IMG/VR virus record: IMGVR_UViG_3300045557_000073
Span: 1 to 36,198 of that record
Reading direction: 5' to 3' (one strand)
Origin: a virus
Lineage: Duplodnaviria; Caudoviricetes
Length of the DNA: 36,198 nucleotides
This document shows, piece after piece, positions 1 to 8,245 of this stretch. The notes beneath the pieces were generated by a model. It worked only from the letters and a program-made list of their open reading frames with translations, searched no databases and was not told the DNA's origin. The position numbers and the translations under genes were made by a program. Within the stretch, counting starts at the first letter, position 1; every line of letters starts with the position of its first letter.

Positions 1-1257
1 TTATTTTGCATTTATGTTTATGAACTCGGCCTTGAGTTTTGAATAAACTATTTTCTGGCTGCTGTAAAGACCGTAATATCCCGACAACATGTAGCTGACG
101 CTGCAGGCTATGGCAAATATCAGAAGTCCTTCTACGCCGAACAGTTCAATGGACAGCACTATTGATGCAATTGGAGCATTGACAACTCCGCAGAACAGCG
201 CTACAAGTCCAATTGCCGCGGAGAAGCCAGGATTAAGCCCTAAAAGACTTCCTGCAAGGCAACCGAATGTTGCACCAATGAAAAATGTAGGGACTATTTC
301 TCCGCCTTTAAAACCTGCTGCTATAGTTACAGCAGTGAATATTATTTTAAGAATGAATGCTTCAGGTCTCGCATTTCCTCCAATGGCTTTTTCAATTATG
401 TTCATTCCTGCGCCGTTGTAATCTCCTGTTTTAAGAAGGACGGTCATGATAACTATTATGAGTCCACCCACAAAACCACGGACATATATGTTTTTTAGCT
501 TTGATTCCATCAGGTGTTCTGTTTTTTTCATGGATACTATGAAAACAATGCTTAATAATGCACAAAGAGCTGCAAGTACTACAGTCATAATAATTGTTTT
601 TAAAGTGAGATCCGGTATGTAGCTTAAATAAAACCTCACAGGCACTACACCGAAGTACAATGAAACGCCATATGCCATTAATGAAGAAACCAGACATGGA
701 ACAAGGCTTGAATAATAAATTACTCCAATGCTTATTACTTCCATTGCAAACAATGTGGCAGTAAGAGGAGTTCCAAACAACGCTGCGAAAACACTGCTCA
801 TACCGCATAGAGTTATTAGGTGCATGTCCTTTTCATCAAGGTGAAAAAAAGACCCTACAAACGAACCTATGCTTCCGCCAAGCTGAAGTGCTGCACCTTC
901 TCTTCCGGCTGAACCTCCGAAAAGGTGTGTTATGAATGTGCTTATGAATATCAGGGGAGCCAGAACAAATGGAACCTTCTGATCAGAACGTATGGAACTT
1001 ATTATTTGATTTGTGCCTGTGGAGTCGCTCATTTTAAACAGTTTGTACAATACGGCAATAACAACTCCGCCTATGGGCAAAAATAAAATTATCCAATTGT
1101 TTTCTGCACGAAATTCTGTAGCGTGCTCAACGCTTACGTGAAACAATGTCCCTATAACTCCACCTATAAAACCTGTTATACTTGCTAAAAATACCCATCT
1201 TATAAATGTCTTAATATAATTTTCTGCTGATTTGATTTTATGTACGTATAATTCCAA
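1..1257 (-). CDS. ClC/EriC-family chloride (or fluoride) channel/antiporter, host gene
   Basis: 418 aa polytopic membrane protein with ClC signatures GGSAGREGA, FGTPLTA, GFKGGEIVP, NAPIAS; TTG start with AAGGAG RBS. Confidence 0.9.
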   Translation of the reverse strand: MELYVHKIKSAENYIKTFIRWVFLASITGFIGGVIGTLFHVSVEHATEFRAENNWIILFLPIGGVVIAVLYKLFKMSDSTGTNQIISSIRSDQKVPFVLAPLIFISTFITHLFGGSAGREGAALQLGGSIGSFVGSFFHLDEKDMHLITLCGMSSVFAALFGTPLTATLFAMEVISIGVIYYSSLVPCLVSSLMAYGVSLYFGVVPVRFYLSYIPDLTLKTIIMTVVLAALCALLSIVFIVSMKKTEHLMESKLKNIYVRGFVGGLIIVIMTVLLKTGDYNGAGMNIIEKAIGGNARPEAFILKIIFTAVTIAAGFKGGEIVPTFFIGATFGCLAGSLLGLNPGFSAAIGLVALFCGVVNAPIASIVLSIELFGVEGLLIFAIACSVSYMLSGYYGLYSSQKIVYSKLKAEFININAK

Positions 1258-1290
1258 TTTTTTACTCCTTTAAATTTTTCAACAAAAATA

Positions 1291-1318
1291 ATTGTATCAC
1301 AATTTTTCTGAATGTCAA
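1291..1318 (-). promoter_or_regulatory. sigma-A promoter of ClC gene
   Basis: Minus strand TTGACA (1318-1313), 16 nt, TG-n-TACAAT (1296-1291). Confidence 0.6.
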
Positions 1319-1410
1319 AAAAATTACTTCTGTCATATAAACCTTGCCAAAAGATAGGCATCATTAAATTAAAAATACATATTAAATTCTAATCTTATTT
1401 TAAAAATATA

Positions 1411-1482
1411 AAATCGTCATAAGTATTGTTAATTCAATAATTTGACGATTTATAAAATGCTTCTGGGCAAATCTGGGGCAAA
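1411..1482. repeat. Probable attL region: imperfect inverted repeat plus tandem integrase arm-type sites
   Basis: AAATCGTCA...TGACGATTT inverted repeat (1411-1451) with inner TATTG/CAATA; TCTGGGCAAA-TCTGGGGCAAA tandem (1462-1482) abutting the integrase stop. Confidence 0.55.
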
Positions 1483-1483
1483 T

Positions 1484-2602
1484 TTATTTCGCTTGTAGAT
1501 TCGCAATATAGTTTTCGAAGTCTGTAGATGATTTAGCTTCGGCTTCTTCAATTGTATGTGTGTAATTTTTTATTATAGTGTCAATGTTGTCTCCAAGAGT
1601 CCTGGCAACAGAGACTACATTGGCTCCAGCACTTAACATAATAGTGGCTTTGAGATGTCTTAAATCATGCACTCTTATTTCTCGGATTCCATTATCTTTT
1701 AATACTTGTCTGAAATACTTTAGCATATCATTTTGTATTGCTACAGCATTTTTATCATAATCCCAGAATAGATGTTTTGAAAATGGCATAGGATTCATTT
1801 GTTTAATATGCTCAGTGGCAGCACTAAGAACAAAATCAGGAGCATACACTTTTCTTATAGAGTGTGTAGTTTTTGGTACTGTCTCGGCTCTTTTAACCTT
1901 GCCTGTTTTTTCATCTCTTACCTTACCCATTTGCTTTGTTATGCTGATTGTATTTTTTTTGAAATCAATATCATCAATTTTAAGTCCTAAGATTTCTCCA
2001 TGTCGCAATCCACATCCAAGAGCAATATAGAAAAACAATTTGTGTATTGTGTTGGGTTCGTTTTTATAAGCCGTTAACAATCTAGATATTTCATTCTGAG
2101 TTAAAAGTTCATCATAATTTGCTTTCTGAATTTCAGGCAATTTGACATTCGAACAAGGGTTAAAACTTAATTTATCCCATTCAATGGCTTTTGAGTATGT
2201 CAAGCACATAACGCTGTAAATGGCATGAACAGTTTTTGCTGTGTATTCCTTTTTCTTACTGTTAATAAATTTCTGAACTTCTAATTTTCCAATCTTAGAA
2301 GCAATTTGCTCTCCAAATTCCGGAAGAAGGTGAATACTATAAATTGATTCATATGTTTGCTGAGTACTTATAGACAGTTCTTCATCAATATAATCTTCTT
2401 TAATTAGATTATATAGATCCTTGAACTTCATGTTTTCAGCAGTGCCAATTTTACCCCTCATGACATCAACTTCAAATTTCTTATGTTCTCTTTCAGCTTC
2501 CTTATCAGTTCCGTAAAAGTTTTGAGTATAATTCACTCCGTCTTTTCGGACTCTGAATCTCCACTTGTTATCCCCTCTGTTTTCAATACTCATTTGTTTC
2601 AT
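1484..2602 (-). CDS. int: Phage tyrosine integrase
   Basis: N-terminal arm-binding domain (KWRFRVRKDG), SAM-like core, GLRHGE, HDLRH, catalytic Tyr in NYTH. Confidence 0.93.
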   Translation of the reverse strand: MKQMSIENRGDNKWRFRVRKDGVNYTQNFYGTDKEAEREHKKFEVDVMRGKIGTAENMKFKDLYNLIKEDYIDEELSISTQQTYESIYSIHLLPEFGEQIASKIGKLEVQKFINSKKKEYTAKTVHAIYSVMCLTYSKAIEWDKLSFNPCSNVKLPEIQKANYDELLTQNEISRLLTAYKNEPNTIHKLFFYIALGCGLRHGEILGLKIDDIDFKKNTISITKQMGKVRDEKTGKVKRAETVPKTTHSIRKVYAPDFVLSAATEHIKQMNPMPFSKHLFWDYDKNAVAIQNDMLKYFRQVLKDNGIREIRVHDLRHLKATIMLSAGANVVSVARTLGDNIDTIIKNYTHTIEEAEAKSSTDFENYIANLQAK

Positions 2603-2660
2603 CCCTTTCTTTGTTTAACTTTACATCTACTGCTTATTTTTATAATACTGTGTGCTATTT

Positions 2661-3122
2661 TTAATCATAATTGTATTTGCAAACTGTCAGTGGATTAAAG
2701 TATATGCAATAATTATCCAGCTCTGCATATAATCCATACTTTCTTTGATAATGTTCTAAAGTGTCAATTAAAAAATTTTCTGTAACTTCTAAATATTCGG
2801 CAAGCTCAAAAAGGTTATTGCATCCGTTGAAAGAAGCATCGATTAAGTTTTTAAGAGGTATTAACTTTTCAAATGCATATTTCCTTGCTTTTGCTTCTTG
2901 CTTTCTATTGCAAACGCTTTTTAAGTCTGTAATATTGCCTGCTGTCTTGTAGAAGTGTCCAAGCTCTTCCGAAAGTACGCATTTCTTTTCTGTATTATTA
3001 AGGTTTTTTCTAATACCAATATAATTATCTTCATATAAACCCTTTAGATTTCCAAGAAAATCAAATTCAATAACTTCAATTTCTTCATGTTCTGCAATTT
3101 GCAATAATTTTTCATACGTCAT
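2661..3122 (-). CDS. ImmA/IrrE-family metallopeptidase (repressor-cleaving anti-repressor)
   Basis: LKGLY, EELGH (HEXXH variant), RKQEAKAR, FELAEYLEVT; located between integrase and repressor. Confidence 0.88.
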   Translation of the reverse strand: MTYEKLLQIAEHEEIEVIEFDFLGNLKGLYEDNYIGIRKNLNNTEKKCVLSEELGHFYKTAGNITDLKSVCNRKQEAKARKYAFEKLIPLKNLIDASFNGCNNLFELAEYLEVTENFLIDTLEHYQRKYGLYAELDNYCIYFNPLTVCKYNYD

Positions 3123-3150
3123 AATGTCCCCCTGGTGTGCATGAATTAAA

Positions 3151-3489
3151 CTATTTTTTATTATTTCTTTTGTTTTTAATGAAGTTCTTAAAATCTTCTA
3201 TTGATTGCAGTTCTTCTTCTGTCCATTCTTCTCCATCGTGATGAGCTGCTAATGTATAGATTTTTTTGTTTTCATTTCTCTCTGTAATTTTGTCATCAGT
3301 TAAATAATCAAGACTACAATTAAAATAATCCGCTAATTTTCTAAGAGTAGATAATTTGATGTTCTCAGTTCCTTTTTTATAAAATCCATCTATTGTGGTA
3401 TATGGAATTCCTGTTTCTTTTGATAATTGATTAATATTGTCAATGTTTTTTTCTTTCATTAAAAGTTCAAGCTTGTTTAAAAAACTCAT
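3151..3489 (-). CDS. XRE-family prophage repressor (CI/ImmR-like)
   Basis: HTH (INQLSKETGIPYTTI...LADYFNCSLDYL) and C-terminal TLAAH..GEEWTEEEL tail. Confidence 0.9.
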   Translation of the reverse strand: MSFLNKLELLMKEKNIDNINQLSKETGIPYTTIDGFYKKGTENIKLSTLRKLADYFNCSLDYLTDDKITERNENKKIYTLAAHHDGEEWTEEELQSIEDFKNFIKNKRNNKK

Positions 3490-3530
3490 TTTATTTCCCC
3501 CTATTTAATATAAAAGTAATTTATAAAATT

Positions 3531-3644
3531 ATTATAATACATAATTTGTACACTGTAAAGAAAATAATTACCCTAAAGCGTAAAAAAAGGTTGACAAATT
3601 ACTATGCGGGGTATAAAATAAAGAAAAGTTACCCCACAGGGTAA
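3531..3644. promoter_or_regulatory. Lysis/lysogeny switch: divergent promoters and three 16-bp operators TTACCC-N4-GGGTAA
   Basis: Leftward TTTACA(3559-3554)-17-TATAAT(3536-3531); rightward TTGACA(3591-3596)-17-TAAAAT(3614-3619); operators TTACCCTAAAGCGTAA 3568-3583, TTACTATGCGGGGTAT 3599-3614, TTACCCCACAGGGTAA 3629-3644. Confidence 0.8.
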
Positions 3645-3660
3645 AAAGAGAGGTGATTAT

Positions 3661-3873
3661 ATGTTCGTAAATTTAAAAATTGAAATGTTAAAGAAAGGAG
3701 TTACCGCTAAAAAAATATCAGAGAAAATTGGTATTTCTACTAAAACATTTTTTAATAAAATGAATGGTTCATCTGAATTTACAAGAAAAGAGATGTACAC
3801 GCTTAGAGATGAATTTTTCCCTGATAAATCAATTGAATATCTTTTTACAATAGATATACAAAAAACAGCTTAA
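3661..3873 (+). CDS. Cro-like HTH regulator
   Basis: 70 aa XRE-type HTH (KKISEKIGISTKTFFNKMNG..EF...IEYLF) divergent from repressor; GAGGTG RBS. Confidence 0.85.
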   Translation: MFVNLKIEMLKKGVTAKKISEKIGISTKTFFNKMNGSSEFTRKEMYTLRDEFFPDKSIEYLFTIDIQKTA

Positions 3874-3888
3874 GAGAGAAGGTGGTTA

Positions 3889-3978
3889 ATGAAAGAACTA
3901 GTTATGGATTATGTATCAGAAAAAAATCATAAAAAGAGAGTAAACGTCCAGAAGTACAAAAAAGATGTGTTATGGTAA
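3889..3978 (+). CDS. Small hypothetical peptide (29 aa), not in ORF track
   Basis: AAGGTGG RBS then MKELVMDYVSEKNHKKRVNVQKYKKDVLW. Confidence 0.35.
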   Translation: MKELVMDYVSEKNHKKRVNVQKYKKDVLW

Positions 3979-4005
3979 CAACGTACTAAGAAAGGAGTGA
4001 TTTAG

Positions 4006-4329
4006 ATGGAAGAAACAATAAAATTACTGATTGATAATATTGCATCGACAGTTGCTGAAAAAATAGCCGGACAAATCAACACATCAGTAGAGCTTAAACA
4101 ATATCCAGAAAATATGGACCTTAATACAGCAGCTGACTATGTTGGGCTTAATTCAGCTTATATGAGAAGAAATCTTGAAGAACTTGGTATCAAGTATCGT
4201 AGAGCAGGAGATAAATATTTATTTAGAAAATGCTGGCTTGATGAATGGATGGAAGATGGCGTTAAACAGATCCAAAAAAATAAAGATGCAAAAATTAATA
4301 TGAAATTAGTAAAAAGCAAAGCAATGTAG
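4006..4329 (+). CDS. Excisionase-like HTH_17 DNA-binding protein
   Basis: MDLNTAADYVG...IKYRRAGDKYLFRKCWLDEW pattern; AAGGAG RBS. Confidence 0.75.
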   Translation: MEETIKLLIDNIASTVAEKIAGQINTSVELKQYPENMDLNTAADYVGLNSAYMRRNLEELGIKYRRAGDKYLFRKCWLDEWMEDGVKQIQKNKDAKINMKLVKSKAM

Positions 4330-4348
4330 GGACAAGGAGGCAAGTTAA

Positions 4349-4657
4349 ATGCTTGAACAACACAGAATTAATGTTACTCAAAGGTTTGAAAAAGAGAATC
4401 CAGGCTACAAATTAATAACTGAAGGTGATTCATTTTACGTTGATATTGATATCACTAAAGTAAAAGGTTATGACAAGTTATCAGAGCCGGCTAAGAAGTT
4501 ATTTCAGATCATGTATAAAAGACATAATGCATGTCAAGGACTTGATTACAAAATCAGATGGATACCAAAATCAGTACTGGAACACAAAACACATCTGGAA
4601 GTTCATTTTTCCGGCAAGGACTGGTTGCATTGGTGCCCGAATGGAGAGTGGTATTGA
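4349..4657 (+). CDS. Hypothetical phage protein
   Basis: AAGGAGG RBS, 102 aa, stop overlaps next ATG (TGATG). Confidence 0.7.
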   Translation: MLEQHRINVTQRFEKENPGYKLITEGDSFYVDIDITKVKGYDKLSEPAKKLFQIMYKRHNACQGLDYKIRWIPKSVLEHKTHLEVHFSGKDWLHWCPNGEWY

Positions 4658-5091
4658 TGGAAGTTAAGTTTATAAACAACAAAGCAAACATTGAAGGATT
4701 GACATTCAGGCAGCTTGCATTAATTGAAGCATTAGTGAATGAAGCATCAATGGCTGGCGGTTATCTGATTGATATTGATGATTATAAAAATATCATGAAA
4801 GGTTTTAAAACTTTTGATATTAAGGATGTTTTCAATCTTGAAGAAGAGAAAAGGGAAATCGAAGAGTCGGTAAGAAAAATCATGCAAGAATCTGAGGTCA
4901 AGGCATTTCGTGAACTATACAATGCGATACAGCAATGCAAGGATGATGAAGTTAGGACTCTTCGTCTAAGAGATTTAATGACTGAAATGGAAGGCAGATT
5001 CAGCATCCCGCTTCTAAAGGACGAAGAATACAACCAGGCGAATCTGAAAGTAATGGAGTTGTATTTAGAAGTAAGCAATGCCAGATACTAA
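4657..5091 (+). CDS. Hypothetical phage protein (start revised to 4657)
   Basis: Translational coupling with upstream stop; helical C-terminal domain LMTEMEGRFSIPLL. Confidence 0.7.
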   Translation: MEVKFINNKANIEGLTFRQLALIEALVNEASMAGGYLIDIDDYKNIMKGFKTFDIKDVFNLEEEKREIEESVRKIMQESEVKAFRELYNAIQQCKDDEVRTLRLRDLMTEMEGRFSIPLLKDEEYNQANLKVMELYLEVSNARY

Positions 5092-5201
5092 GGACAATAA
5101 GGGCTCCAAGCTCTTTTTAAAAACATTTTATAAGGACTAGGTTCTTAACTTACTAGTTTATTTTGTAGATTTAAAAATATTCCACAGAGGAGGAAAAATA
5201 T

Positions 5202-5927
5202 TTGAACGAATTAAAGATTTTTAATAATCAAGAATTTGGGGAGATAAGGGCAATAGAAATTCAAGGTGAGCCGTGGTTGGTTGGAAAAGATGTAACAGAT
5301 AAGCTGGGGTACCAAAACGGTAGTCGAGATATTGTTAGACATGTTGATGAAGAAGACAGAGCTGGTATCGCGATTCACGATGGCAGACAGGAAAGAACAA
5401 TGGTTTGTGTAAACGAAAGTGGTCTTTACTCTCTGATCCTTGGTTCAAAATTACCAACTGCAAAAAAATTTAAACACTGGGTAACATCAGAGGTCCTTCC
5501 TTCCATAAGAAAAACAGGAGCATATAAGTTGCCGCTTTCAAAGAAAGACGAAATGAAACTTTATCTTGAAGCCCTTGAAGAGCAGGACTTAAAGATTGAA
5601 GAAGTAAAAAAGGATCTGCAGGAGTTCAAGCAAGACATGCCTGTTCTAGGAGTTGAATGCGACAAAATTACATTTGCTGTAAAGAAAAAAGGTGTTGAAT
5701 GTCTTGGTGGTAAAGAATCGGCTGCATATCAGGACAAGTCTCTGAGAGGAAAGATATATTCTGATATTCACAGTCAGGTAAAACGAGAGTTTGCAGTAAC
5801 TACATACAAGGCTATAAAAAGAAGTCAGGTTGAATTAGCTGTAAATATAATCGGTGCATACAAAGTTCCATTCGCATTGAAAAATGAGATTGAGCAGTGC
5901 AACAACCAGATGTTTATTTCTGCATAG
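5202..5927 (+). CDS. Phage antirepressor, BRO-N plus ORF6C-like C-terminal domain
   Basis: FNNQEFGEIR, PWLVGKDV, VNESGLYSLI..SKLP.AKKFK.WVTSEVLPSIRKTG; C-terminal FAVTTYKAIKR; GAGGAGG RBS with TTG start. Confidence 0.9.
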   Translation: MNELKIFNNQEFGEIRAIEIQGEPWLVGKDVTDKLGYQNGSRDIVRHVDEEDRAGIAIHDGRQERTMVCVNESGLYSLILGSKLPTAKKFKHWVTSEVLPSIRKTGAYKLPLSKKDEMKLYLEALEEQDLKIEEVKKDLQEFKQDMPVLGVECDKITFAVKKKGVECLGGKESAAYQDKSLRGKIYSDIHSQVKREFAVTTYKAIKRSQVELAVNIIGAYKVPFALKNEIEQCNNQMFISA

Positions 5928-5937
5928 GAGGCAATTT

Positions 5938-6087
5938 ATGAAATTTTTCTTAATCCACAGAAAGAGACAAAACATGCTTAAGAAATTTTGGGACAAGTTT
6001 ACAGATGACTTGGAACTTATAAGATTTAAACTGTCAACTGTAATGATACTTATGATTTTTGGACTTTGGTACCTTGGAGGTATGTAA
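5938..6087 (+). CDS. Small membrane peptide
   Basis: AGGAGG RBS, hydrophobic C-terminus. Confidence 0.5.
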   Translation: MKFFLIHRKRQNMLKKFWDKFTDDLELIRFKLSTVMILMIFGLWYLGGM

Positions 6088-6207
6088 ATGGATATAGTAA
6101 CAGTGTACGCGTTAAGACAGCTTTATGAAATACACGGATGTGCAACAGTATTTGCTGCCGGTCAGTTTTTAAAGTTTGAAGAGGAGAACGATTATGAAAA
6201 AGCTTAA
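6088..6207 (+). CDS. Small hypothetical protein (39 aa), not in ORF track
   Basis: GGAGGT RBS; MDIVTVYALRQLYEIHGCATVFAAGQFLKFEEENDYEKA. Confidence 0.5.
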   Translation: MDIVTVYALRQLYEIHGCATVFAAGQFLKFEEENDYEKA

Positions 6208-6310
6208 ATATTACTATCAATGTGCAAAATGGCTTTGGAAGAACAGAAATTGGACTGGAACAAGACAGAAATACAGAGCAATGGAAAGGGAGTTGAAGAG
6301 GTATGAATAA
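6194..6310 (+). CDS. Small basic hypothetical protein (38 aa), not in ORF track
   Basis: GAGGAG RBS; MKKLKYYYQCAKWLWKNRNWTGTRQKYRAMERELKRYE. Confidence 0.5.
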   Translation: MKKLKYYYQCAKWLWKNRNWTGTRQKYRAMERELKRYE

Positions 6311-6518
6311 CGTTATAACAGGCGCACCAAGTAAATCGCTCACGTATTTGGGAAAAATAATGCTTGCAAATGAGATGCTAAGTGAAAGTGTAGAGAAACA
6401 AAACGCATATAGAGCATTCACCGGCTTAAATAAACGCATAGCTAAAAAGTCAGCAAATCCAAAGAAGAAAGCTAAAAGAAAGGTGAAGCAGTCAAGTCAA
6501 AGGAAAAACAGAAAATGA
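6303..6518 (+). CDS. Basic hypothetical protein
   Basis: 71 aa, Lys/Arg-rich tail KKKAKRKVKQSSQRKNRK, coupled to neighbours. Confidence 0.6.
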   Translation: MNNVITGAPSKSLTYLGKIMLANEMLSESVEKQNAYRAFTGLNKRIAKKSANPKKKAKRKVKQSSQRKNRK

Positions 6519-6709
6519 AGTTCAGCAAATCTAAATTCATTAAAAATGCTGGGAAAGGTACTGCTAGAATCTTAGGAAATCATGTTGATACATTGGATGG
6601 ATTAGAAGTTGATTTTTCTAAGGAAGATAAATACGGAACTATTGAAAGTTACATACATGAAGGTGAAGAGTATTATTTATATCCAGTGTTGCCGGAATGG
6701 TGCGAATAG
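6515..6709 (+). CDS. Hypothetical phage protein
   Basis: ATGA overlap, 64 aa ending PEWCE. Confidence 0.6.
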   Translation: MKFSKSKFIKNAGKGTARILGNHVDTLDGLEVDFSKEDKYGTIESYIHEGEEYYLYPVLPEWCE

Positions 6710-6718
6710 GAGGTAATT

Positions 6719-8233
6719 TTGAAAGAACTTATAGTGGACAACTTCGCCGGTGGAGGTGGAGCATCAACAGGAATTGAAATGGCAATAGGACGTTCTGTTG
6801 ATATAGCAATCAATCATGATGAAAAAGCAATTGAAATGCATAAAGTCAATCACCCAAACACAAAGCATTACATAGAAGATGTTTGGGATGTGGACCCAGG
6901 ACAAGCAACGCAGGGGCAACCCGTAGGGCTCGCATGGTTTAGCCCTGATTGTAAGCACTTCAGTAAGGCAAAGGGCGGAAAGCCAGTTGATAAAAACATT
7001 CGAGGTCTTGCCTGGGTAGCAGTAAAGTGGGCTAAAGCTGTGCATCCAAGAATTATTATCTTAGAAAATGTTGAAGAATTTAGAACATGGGGACCATTAA
7101 TTAAAGACGAACAAGGAAATTTATTTCCAGACCCAAACAAGAAAGGACAGACGTTTGAATTATTTGTCAAAGCACTTGAAAAGCAAGGATATAAAGTACA
7201 ATTTAGAGAATTAAGAGCTTGCGACTACGGAGCACCGACAACAAGAAAAAGATTTTTCATGATTGCAAGATGTGACGGTAAGCCGATTGTATGGCCAGAG
7301 CCGACTCATGGAGACCCGGAAGGTATAGAAGTCAGGTGCGGATTATTAAAGCCATGGAGAACAGCTGCAGAGTGTATTGATTGGAGCATTCCGTGCCCAA
7401 GTATATTCGACCGTAAAAAGCCATTGGCAGAAAACACTTTGAGAAGAATTGCAAAAGGAATACAGAAGTTTGTAATTGATAATCCAGAACCGTTTATTGT
7501 ACAAGTTAATCATTCGGGAGAAAATTTTAGAGGTCAAGATATCAACGTGCCAATGCCTACACTCACTGCAAAACATGGATTTGGTCTAGTTACTCCGGTT
7601 ATTTCTCAAATAGGACAAACTGGCGGAGGGGATAGACTTCATGACATACAAGAGCCTTTATCAACAATAGTTTCAAAAGCCGAACATTTACTGGTAACTC
7701 CTTTCTTGCAGCATTACTACGGTCAACAAGGTGAAGAAACACGTGCAAGCGGAATGAATGAGCCTGTTGCAACTATCCCAACGGCAAACAGATTCGGACT
7801 AGTGACAGCTTTCATAAGTAGGCAGTTTAAAACAGGTGTTGGCCATGAACTTAATCAGCCTTTAGCAACTTCAACAACAGTCAATAAATCTAACCTAGTA
7901 ACTGCTTTTCTTCTCAAATATTATGGAGCAGACATAGGACAAACAGTCAATAGTCCAATACACACAATAACCACTAAGGACCGTTTCGGACTTGTAACAG
8001 TGCACGGAGAAGATTATCAGATTATTGACATAGGAATGAGAATGTTGAAACCCCATGAACTTTATAAAGCACAAGGGTTCCCGGATGATTACATAATAGA
8101 CAGAGACAGTAAAGGCAATCCATATCCTATAGTAGATCAGGTTGCAAAGGTAGGAAACAGTGTATGTCCTCCATTGTCCAAGGCTTTAGTTGCAGCAAAC
8201 TATGTGGAAGAAATCTATGAAAATGCAATGTAA
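6719..8233 (+). CDS. C5-cytosine DNA methyltransferase (orphan, phage type)
   Basis: Motif I DNFAGGGG, motif IV SPDC, motif VI ENV, motif VIII RKRFF, C-terminal QGFP and GNSV. Confidence 0.93.
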   Translation: MKELIVDNFAGGGGASTGIEMAIGRSVDIAINHDEKAIEMHKVNHPNTKHYIEDVWDVDPGQATQGQPVGLAWFSPDCKHFSKAKGGKPVDKNIRGLAWVAVKWAKAVHPRIIILENVEEFRTWGPLIKDEQGNLFPDPNKKGQTFELFVKALEKQGYKVQFRELRACDYGAPTTRKRFFMIARCDGKPIVWPEPTHGDPEGIEVRCGLLKPWRTAAECIDWSIPCPSIFDRKKPLAENTLRRIAKGIQKFVIDNPEPFIVQVNHSGENFRGQDINVPMPTLTAKHGFGLVTPVISQIGQTGGGDRLHDIQEPLSTIVSKAEHLLVTPFLQHYYGQQGEETRASGMNEPVATIPTANRFGLVTAFISRQFKTGVGHELNQPLATSTTVNKSNLVTAFLLKYYGADIGQTVNSPIHTITTKDRFGLVTVHGEDYQIIDIGMRMLKPHELYKAQGFPDDYIIDRDSKGNPYPIVDQVAKVGNSVCPPLSKALVAANYVEEIYENAM

Positions 8234-8245
8234 GGAGGCAAACAT

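Noticed and set aside
110-808. Alternative ORFs overlapping the ClC gene, and the many antisense 60-175 aa ORFs across the window
   Set aside because: Shadow frames of well-supported genes; no RBS or recognisable motifs
1258-1410. Fluoride riboswitch or tRNA integration target
   Set aside because: No matching consensus or cloverleaf visible; the att core cannot be defined without attR
1484-1620. Integrase inactivation because LGH is replaced by LGD
   Set aside because: ORF is intact with R, HxxR and Y retained; this position tolerates variation, so not called a pseudogene
2620-2646. Plus-strand promoter TTTACA...TATAAT antisense to immA
   Set aside because: Spacer only 15 nt in AT-rich sequence; too weak to call
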